Source: Ignavibacteria bacterium
Lineage (GTDB): Bacteria > Elusimicrobiota > Endomicrobiia > PHAN01
Length of the DNA stretch: 34,523 bases
Direction: 5' to 3'
Assembly: GCA_041694835.1 (NCBI GenBank)
Contig: JBGFRZ010000060.1
Location: 1-34,523, forward strand
In this document: piece after piece, positions 28,445 to 34,523 of the stretch
Position numbering within the stretch: position 1 is the first letter of the stretch
How the letters are laid out: each line of letters begins with the position of its first letter
Made by a program: the position numbers and the translations under genes
The notes under the pieces: generated by a model
Told to the model about the DNA's origin: nothing
What the model saw: the letters and a program-made list of their open reading frames with translations, nothing else
Databases searched by the model: none

Positions 28445-30085
28445 ATGAAAAAAACACAAAAGACGATTTTAATAATGATTTTTGCGACCGCATTGATATG
28501 GTCGGCCATTACGCTCTTGCCCAGAGTCGCAGCCGAATCTAAAAACAACGTTGTTGAAATAGCCGTATTTTATGAAGAGGCGAAAAAAATATCAGACATA
28601 GACAACTATCCTTTTTCGGATTTTATCGATCGCCTGAAGGCGGGTGGCGTCACGACGATGATTTTCGAAGAAGAGAATATAGAGACGCTCGAAAAAAAGC
28701 TCGATGCCTTTTTTGTTTCAGTGCAACTTTACGACCAATTGCGCTTTCTTGATATAATCACCGAAGGCTCCCCGCTCAAGAAAAACACTTTTATTTTTCA
28801 AAGAGCGAAATTGGCGGCACACTTTAAAAACATCCTGAAGAAGCGATATGGGGTGGCGCCAGTCGAAAGAAGAATTTCATCAAGGACATCGCTGGCTCTG
28901 CCTTCGAATATGGATTTTGAGAAGGTTTATCTTGGATTCCATCCGGATTTGATTTCATCGCTCAACGCTCTTGATTATCGGATATCGCTGAGTCCGTCAA
29001 ACATGGGTGATCCGGCATGGCTCTTTGATTTCCGCAAACCAGGGGTAGCGTCTTTTATAATCGATGAGAAAGAAAGATTCACCAACAAGAAGAACTTTGT
29101 TTACGAGTTGTCGTTGAGTCTGAATTATATAGATTTTGAATTTTATCCGTCAGGCGCAAGAGAGCTTGTTTATTTAAATTCTGTGATAAGGGGACACAAA
29201 ATTCCGAAAACTGAAAAAATTTCTTTGTCGGGCCGTTTGGAAATCTCAAGATATATGCGGGCGGTCAGGGAGAGGGGGATAAGGTTCATACACTTTCGAC
29301 TTGATGAAAAAATCGGAGTCGAAGGCAATTTGGATCAGATAAAGACGCTGTCAAAGGGACTGAAAAAATCGGGGTATATTCTTGGTCCCGCCAAATCTCC
29401 GAATTTTCCGGTGCTTCCCCTTAAAAATTTCAGGCAGATTTTATGCATTTTTCTTTCCATTATTTTACCATCAGTTATAATGTATGTTGCTGTATATATC
29501 TCAAAGACGAGAGTCAATTATATCGCAGGTTTTTTGCTGACTAATTCGCTCATTTTTTCCTCGGGGCTTTTAGTGGCATCTTTCGTATCTTCAAAGGAGT
29601 TTATGATTAGGTTGACGGATGTGCCCGGCATAAAGCTCATAATGCTCTTTTCATTTATTATTGCGGCACTTGTTTTGTTCACTCCCGAAGAGATAAAATC
29701 GTTTTTTGATTTTCAGCTGAGATCCCGGCATCTTTTTTATATACTCTTTGTGTTTTTTGCTGCGGCGCTGGTCATTTTGAGAAGCGGCAATGTCAATATC
29801 GGCTTTGAAACTGAAACCAGACTCCGTGAGTTGCTTGAAAAGATATTTTACATAAGACCCCGCTGGAAGGAGATACTCCTGGGGCAACCCCTTTTGCTGC
29901 TCGCCATAAAGAATAAAAATCGCGTTTTTCTTCTTATTGGCTCGATGGCCGCTATATCCGTTATAAACACATTTTTGCACGCTCATACCCCGCTTGCGAT
30001 TTCAATGTATAGGACGATTCTCGGCGCTCTAGTCGGCGGAACATTGGGTCTCGCTGTTTCTATCATGATGTCTACAAAAAAGTAA
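28445..30085 (+). CDS. DUF5693-like membrane protein
   Basis: RAVRERGIR, PGIKL, LRSGN, RPRWKEILLGQP, SVINTFLHAHTP; adjacent to csaB. Confidence 0.75.
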   Translation: MKKTQKTILIMIFATALIWSAITLLPRVAAESKNNVVEIAVFYEEAKKISDIDNYPFSDFIDRLKAGGVTTMIFEEENIETLEKKLDAFFVSVQLYDQLRFLDIITEGSPLKKNTFIFQRAKLAAHFKNILKKRYGVAPVERRISSRTSLALPSNMDFEKVYLGFHPDLISSLNALDYRISLSPSNMGDPAWLFDFRKPGVASFIIDEKERFTNKKNFVYELSLSLNYIDFEFYPSGARELVYLNSVIRGHKIPKTEKISLSGRLEISRYMRAVRERGIRFIHFRLDEKIGVEGNLDQIKTLSKGLKKSGYILGPAKSPNFPVLPLKNFRQILCIFLSIILPSVIMYVAVYISKTRVNYIAGFLLTNSLIFSSGLLVASFVSSKEFMIRLTDVPGIKLIMLFSFIIAALVLFTPEEIKSFFDFQLRSRHLFYILFVFFAAALVILRSGNVNIGFETETRLRELLEKIFYIRPRWKEILLGQPLLLLAIKNKNRVFLLIGSMAAISVINTFLHAHTPLAISMYRTILGALVGGTLGLAVSIMMSTKK

Positions 30086-30088
30086 ATT

Positions 30089-31150
30089 ATGGGAAAAAAG
30101 AAAATTCTGATAGCTGGTTATTTCGGCATGGGGAATCTTGGTGATGAACTAATTTTAGACATTACTTTGAAAAATCTCAAAAACCGTCTCGCCGAGCGTT
30201 GCAAAATATCGGTACTTTCGGGCGACCCGGCAAGCACGTCTAAAAATTTCAATGTTTCAGCGGTTAACAGAAAAAATCCTTTTTCAATATTGAAAACATT
30301 GATTTCGTCCGATGTTCTGATTGTCGGCGGTGGCGGTTTGTTTCAGGATAAAACCAGCACACTTTCTCTTTATTACTATCTTTCTTTGCTCCTTTTCGGA
30401 AAAATTTTAAGAAAAAAAGTGGTTGTTTACGCTGTCGGTGTAGACAAGTTAAAAAGGATGAACAGCTATATCACAAAAATCATTTTGAATATGGCCGATT
30501 CGATATCTGTCAGGGACGCTGCTTCTTATGATTTTTTGACCGGTGGTAAGATGGGGAAGAAAGTAATCCTTTCGGCCGACGCTGTTTTGACCCACAAACC
30601 CGCCGTCGCATCGTCCGATAGAAAGAAAAAAACAGTTTTCGCTTTTGTGTTGAACGGTTTTAACTCCATATCGCCCGATTTTTGGGCGCGCATAGCCGAT
30701 AACTGCGTAGTCAGATTTAACGTTGCCATCAAGTTCATAGTCTTTGACAAAAGAAAAGATTCGATATACACCGAGGGCGTCAAAAAACTCATGAGAAATC
30801 CGTCTGATATAGTAATGTGGCAAAATACATCGGATGCGCTTGGCGAGTTTGAGAAAATCGGTATGGTAATAAGCATGCGTCTGCACGGGATGATACTCGC
30901 GTCGATATTCGGCATACCGGTATGCGGGATTTCTGACAGTGCAAAAGCGGAACTTTTTTTGAAGGAGATAGAGCAGAAAAACATATATCGACTTCTAAAC
31001 TTCAAAGAGCATTCAGAAGAAACGGTGATGGGGATAATCTCGGATATCTGGAGACGGAGCGACGAATTCATGGACAGATGTTTTGAGAATGTAAAAAGAC
31101 TTAGAAAACTGGCTTTGTCGGGAACAGAAGCAGTATTTGCCTGCATATAG
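30089..31150 (+). CDS. csaB: Polysaccharide pyruvyl transferase CsaB
   Basis: [37 protein letters not shown]. Confidence 0.88.
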   Translation: MGKKKILIAGYFGMGNLGDELILDITLKNLKNRLAERCKISVLSGDPASTSKNFNVSAVNRKNPFSILKTLISSDVLIVGGGGLFQDKTSTLSLYYYLSLLLFGKILRKKVVVYAVGVDKLKRMNSYITKIILNMADSISVRDAASYDFLTGGKMGKKVILSADAVLTHKPAVASSDRKKKTVFAFVLNGFNSISPDFWARIADNCVVRFNVAIKFIVFDKRKDSIYTEGVKKLMRNPSDIVMWQNTSDALGEFEKIGMVISMRLHGMILASIFGIPVCGISDSAKAELFLKEIEQKNIYRLLNFKEHSEETVMGIISDIWRRSDEFMDRCFENVKRLRKLALSGTEAVFACI

Positions 31151-31170
31151 GGTTGAAAAGCGGAGATTGT

Positions 31171-32340
31171 ATGACGATGTTCGATGAAACATTGAAAAAG
31201 ATAAAAAGGGGGGCCGTCGAGATAATATCCGAGGATGAACTCGTAAAAAAACTCTCAAAAAATAAGTCTCTCAGAGTAAAATTTGGGGTTGATCCCACAT
31301 CGCCGGATCTTCATCTCGGACACACCGTGGTTCTTAACAAGCTTAAAGCATTTCAGGATTTGGGGCATAAGATAATATTCATTATTGGAGATTTCACCGC
31401 CAAGATAGGCGATCCGTCTGGCAGATCCGATATGAGGCCAATGATGGACGAAAAGGAAATACTCAAAAACGCAAAAACCTATATAGACCAGGTTTTTAAA
31501 ATACTCGACCGTTCAACGACCGAGGTTATGTATAACAGCCATTGGCTATATCCTCTCGGAGTCGACGGACTTTTGAAACTAACGCGACAGACCACGGTTT
31601 CGAGAATGTTGGAGCGGGACGACTTTGATAAGCGATTTAAATCTCGGCAGCCCATAAGCATACTTGAATTCATATACCCGCTCCTGCAGGGATACGATTC
31701 TGTGGCAATCAACGCCGATGTCGAGCTCGGCGGAACAGATCAGATATTCAACCTGCTTATGGGCAGAGAACTTCAAAGGGATTCAAGTCAGGAGCCACAA
31801 GTCGTTATAACCATGCCGCTCCTCGAGGGTACCGACGGCGCAAAGAAGATGTCAAAGACTTACGGCAATACGATAGCGCTCAACGATACCCCGAAGGATA
31901 TGTTTGGAAAGATTATGTCGGTAAGCGACGAGATGATGCACAGGTACTATGAACTCCTCACGTCCGCCGCTCTTCCCATCATTAAAAAAATGCACCCGAG
32001 GGATGCGAAAGCGCATCTTGCTGCGACGATAGTTGAAAGATATTACGGCAATGAGACCGCTTTAAGGGAAAAAGAAAAATTCGATCAGGTGTTCAAAAAT
32101 AAAAAAATTCCTTCAGAAATCGAAGAATTTAATCTGACGAAAAAAGAAGTAGTTTTAAGTGATTTGATTTATGATTCTGGTCTCGCTGCATCAAAAAGCG
32201 AGGCGAAAAGACTAATTCAGCAGCGGGCGGTCAAAATAGATGGCCATAAGGTATCCGAAGATAAAAAAATATCTCCGTCAAGCGATTTCATAGTTCAGTC
32301 GGGGAAGAAGAATTTCAGAAAAATTGTCATTACCAAGTGA
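31171..32340 (+). CDS. tyrS: Tyrosine--tRNA ligase
   Basis: [33 protein letters not shown]-terminal S4 domain. Confidence 0.98.
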   Translation: MTMFDETLKKIKRGAVEIISEDELVKKLSKNKSLRVKFGVDPTSPDLHLGHTVVLNKLKAFQDLGHKIIFIIGDFTAKIGDPSGRSDMRPMMDEKEILKNAKTYIDQVFKILDRSTTEVMYNSHWLYPLGVDGLLKLTRQTTVSRMLERDDFDKRFKSRQPISILEFIYPLLQGYDSVAINADVELGGTDQIFNLLMGRELQRDSSQEPQVVITMPLLEGTDGAKKMSKTYGNTIALNDTPKDMFGKIMSVSDEMMHRYYELLTSAALPIIKKMHPRDAKAHLAATIVERYYGNETALREKEKFDQVFKNKKIPSEIEEFNLTKKEVVLSDLIYDSGLAASKSEAKRLIQQRAVKIDGHKVSEDKKISPSSDFIVQSGKKNFRKIVITK

Positions 32341-32471
32341 CTGGTGGCTGGTGACTGGTAACTTGAGGAAGACGAACTGCAAGCAACGACGAGCCACGGG
32401 AAATAATCGTGTTAATCCTGTTAAAAAGGAAAATTATGGTATTCAGCCCCGCCCAATAAGGTGCGAATGAT

Positions 32472-33734
32472 ATGATAGATATAAAATTGCTCAGGGAAAA
32501 TCCGCAGAAGATAAAAGAGCGGCTCTTTAAAAGAGGAGGAAATTATTTCCTCGATGATTTACTGAAACTTGACGAGGAAAAAAGGCAGCTTTTAGTTGAA
32601 ATAGAGGGTTTGAGGCGCAAGAGAAACGAACTCTCCGAAACAATAGGCGATTTACAGAAGGCCGGCAATAGCGCCGCACTCTCCAAAAAGGAAGTCGAAG
32701 ATATAAGAAACTCGATTCGCGAAAAAGAGCATTTTCTTTTGTCGCTCGACAATCAGATAGAAAACATTCTGCTCCGTATACCAAACATCCCCGATGAAAC
32801 GGTGCCCGATGGAAAAGATTCGCAGTCGAACCGTATTGAGATGGAATCCGAAATTCCGCAAAAAAATTTCGAAGTTTTGCCCCACTGGGTAGTTGGGGAA
32901 ACCCTCGGGATTCTCGATTTCGAAACGGCGGCGAAGATAAGCGGCTCAAGATTTGCCGTTTTAAAAAATCTGGGTGCGAAACTTGAAAGAGCTCTCATAG
33001 ATTTTATGCTTGATGTCCATGTGTCAAGAGGATATTCTGAAATATTCGCCCCTTACCTTGTGAACAAAAAATCGGTTCAAGGCACTGGTCAGCTTCCCAA
33101 GTTTGAATCTGAGGTTTTCAAATGTTCGCAAGACGAGCTTTATCTTATACCGACGGCCGAGGTCTCGATTACGAACATACACAGGGACGAGATAATCCCA
33201 GAGAGCGAGTTTCCCAAAAAATACGTTTCCTATTCTGCATGTTTCAGAAGAGAGGCCGGCTCATACGGCAAGGATGTAAAAGGTCTCATAAGAAATCATC
33301 AATTCAACAAAATCGAGCTTGTGAAGTTTGTCTCACCGTTCAAATCCACCGCAGAACACGAAACATTGCTTTCAGATGCCCAAGAAGTTCTGAAAATTCT
33401 CCAACTCCCTTACAGGGCGGTTGAACTTTGCGCCGGAGACCTTGGCTTTTCAGCCGCAAAGACATACGACCTTGAAATCTGGATGCCGGGCGAAAAAAGA
33501 TGGCGTGAAGTTTCGTCTGTTTCCAACTTTAAGGACTTTCAATCAAGAAGATTAAATATAAAGATGAGAGATTCTGAAGGAAAAAAATTGCTTGTCCATA
33601 CGCTTAACGCTTCTGGGGTGGCGGTGGGCAGGACTTTTGCGGCGCTCCTCGAAAACTATCAGAATAAAGACGGCTCAATAACCATTCCCGAGGCATTAAG
33701 AAAGTATACCAGATTTGATATAATAAAACCCTAA
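32472..33734 (+). CDS. serS: Serine--tRNA ligase
   Basis: N-terminal coiled coil, LIPTAEV, FRREAGSYG, HQFNKIE, LNASGVAVGR. Confidence 0.98.
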   Translation: MIDIKLLRENPQKIKERLFKRGGNYFLDDLLKLDEEKRQLLVEIEGLRRKRNELSETIGDLQKAGNSAALSKKEVEDIRNSIREKEHFLLSLDNQIENILLRIPNIPDETVPDGKDSQSNRIEMESEIPQKNFEVLPHWVVGETLGILDFETAAKISGSRFAVLKNLGAKLERALIDFMLDVHVSRGYSEIFAPYLVNKKSVQGTGQLPKFESEVFKCSQDELYLIPTAEVSITNIHRDEIIPESEFPKKYVSYSACFRREAGSYGKDVKGLIRNHQFNKIELVKFVSPFKSTAEHETLLSDAQEVLKILQLPYRAVELCAGDLGFSAAKTYDLEIWMPGEKRWREVSSVSNFKDFQSRRLNIKMRDSEGKKLLVHTLNASGVAVGRTFAALLENYQNKDGSITIPEALRKYTRFDIIKP

Positions 33735-33741
33735 AAAAGAG

Positions 33742-33870
33742 CCCAAGCACAAGAATACAAGAGCAATACAACAGTAGCGAGTAGCGGGTAGATAGTAGAT
33801 AGGGGGAACAACCCTCGCTACTCGCTACCATCTACTATCTACTTTTTGCTATTCGCTATTTGCTATTCAC
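33742..33870. repeat. Heptamer tandem/inverted repeat tract
   Basis: tagcgag tagcggg tagatag tagatag ... ctcgcta ctcgcta ccatcta ctatcta ... tttgcta ttcgcta tttgcta. Confidence 0.85.
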
Positions 33871-33880
33871 TGCCTTCATA

Positions 33881-33915
33881 GGAGACGTGGCCGAGTGGTT
33901 GATGGCGATGGCTTG
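33881..33915 (+). pseudogene. 5' half of a tRNA-Ser-like gene, broken in the anticodon loop
   Basis: GGAGACG TG GCCGAGTGGTTGATGGC G ATGGC TTG gives the acceptor 5' strand, D arm and anticodon 5' strand; no matching 3' half seen in the window. Confidence 0.7.
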
Positions 33916-33929
33916 TCCCGTAGAGAAAC

Positions 33930-34019
33930 GGAGGGATGCCCGAGCGGCTTAAGGGGTCGGTCTTGAAAACCGATGTAGCCTTCAGGTTACCGTGAGTTCG
34001 AATCTCACTCCCTCCGCCA
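33930..34019 (+). tRNA. tRNA-Ser(TGA)
   Basis: GGAGGGA/TCCCTCC acceptor stem, TCGGT-CTTGAAA-ACCGA, long variable arm, GTTCGAAT, G discriminator + CCA. Confidence 0.96.
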
Positions 34020-34153
34020 GTTGGAAAAAGTTCTTGCTGGCTCGCCCGCTGCGGAGGCTCGCCAGCCGTCCCGCTCTTTTACAAAAGCGCTGGGATTATT
34101 TTTTTATCTTTGTTCCGTGTAAATAGAGAAAGTTTGAACTGATTTAGTTTGAG

Positions 34154-34193
34154 CAGCAAAGATTTGGTTGACATGTCAACCAAATCTTTGCTG
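34154..34193. repeat. Perfect 40-bp palindrome
   Basis: CAGCAAAGATTTGGTTGACA|TGTCAACCAAATCTTTGCTG. Confidence 0.95.
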
Positions 34194-34476
34194 ACTCTTT
34201 ACAAAAAATGTCGAACTTCTTTTGGTTAGCTCGCCTCGCTTCGCTCGGCTCGCTTTCCGTTCCGGCGTGGCTTGCGCCGCGCCTCCGCTATTTTTTGCGC
34301 GCGCGATTTTCTCGCCCTTCGGGCGAGAAAAAAAGGAAAGCCGCTCTCGCCCACAATTATATAGCAGAAAACAGTCGTAGTGCCAAACCAAATAAAATTC
34401 GATATAATGAGAGCGTTGAAAAACCCTCTTTAGTTTTTTGAAATAATTCTCGTCGGTAAATCCGACGATAAAACAT

Positions 34477-34505
34477 TTGCATTTTCTCTCCGGAATTGCT
34501 ATAAT
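34477..34505 (+). promoter_or_regulatory. Candidate sigma70 promoter for a gene beyond the window
   Basis: TTGCAT, 17 bp spacer, TATAAT, with an extended -10 TG. Confidence 0.5.
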
Positions 34506-34523
34506 ATTTCTGACGAAAACAAA

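Noticed and set aside
32341-32471. T-box leaders for serS, tyrS or leuS
   Set aside because: No convincing T-box antiterminator motif with terminator; the spaces are short or filled with repeats
33930-34019. Selenocysteine or suppressor tRNA
   Set aside because: The anticodon is TGA, which reads UCA (Ser), not TCA; the acceptor stem is a normal 7 bp
34176-34441. ORFs after tRNA-Ser
   Set aside because: They run through palindromic and GC-hairpin DNA, with no RBS or recognisable domain

Overview
Chromosomal housekeeping region of a diderm bacterium. The lineage is not certain; the gene content and style suggest an uncultured Elusimicrobiota-like organism (inference). Minus-strand genes: ogt, an SLT transglycosylase, a compact uvrC, murJ, holA, lptE, leuS, and a galT-glgE-orf-glgM alpha-glucan cluster. 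Plus-strand genes: rpsT, lptF, lptG, a ~1700-aa SprA-like beta-barrel, comF, gap, pgk, apgM, secG, tRNA-Leu(GAG), two HEAT-repeat paralogs, a DUF5693-like gene with csaB, tyrS, serS, a 5' half-tRNA and tRNA-Ser(TGA). I found no transposase, integrase or CRISPR array. The most unusual signal is non-coding. Most longer intergenic spaces contain degenerate 7-bp tandem repeats, often as a purine arm followed by a pyrimidine arm. These repeats also sit in-frame inside leuS and encode the hydrophobic cores of three predicted signal peptides. They are mixed with several distinct MITE-like and GTAG-REP-like elements and a perfect 40-bp palindrome.
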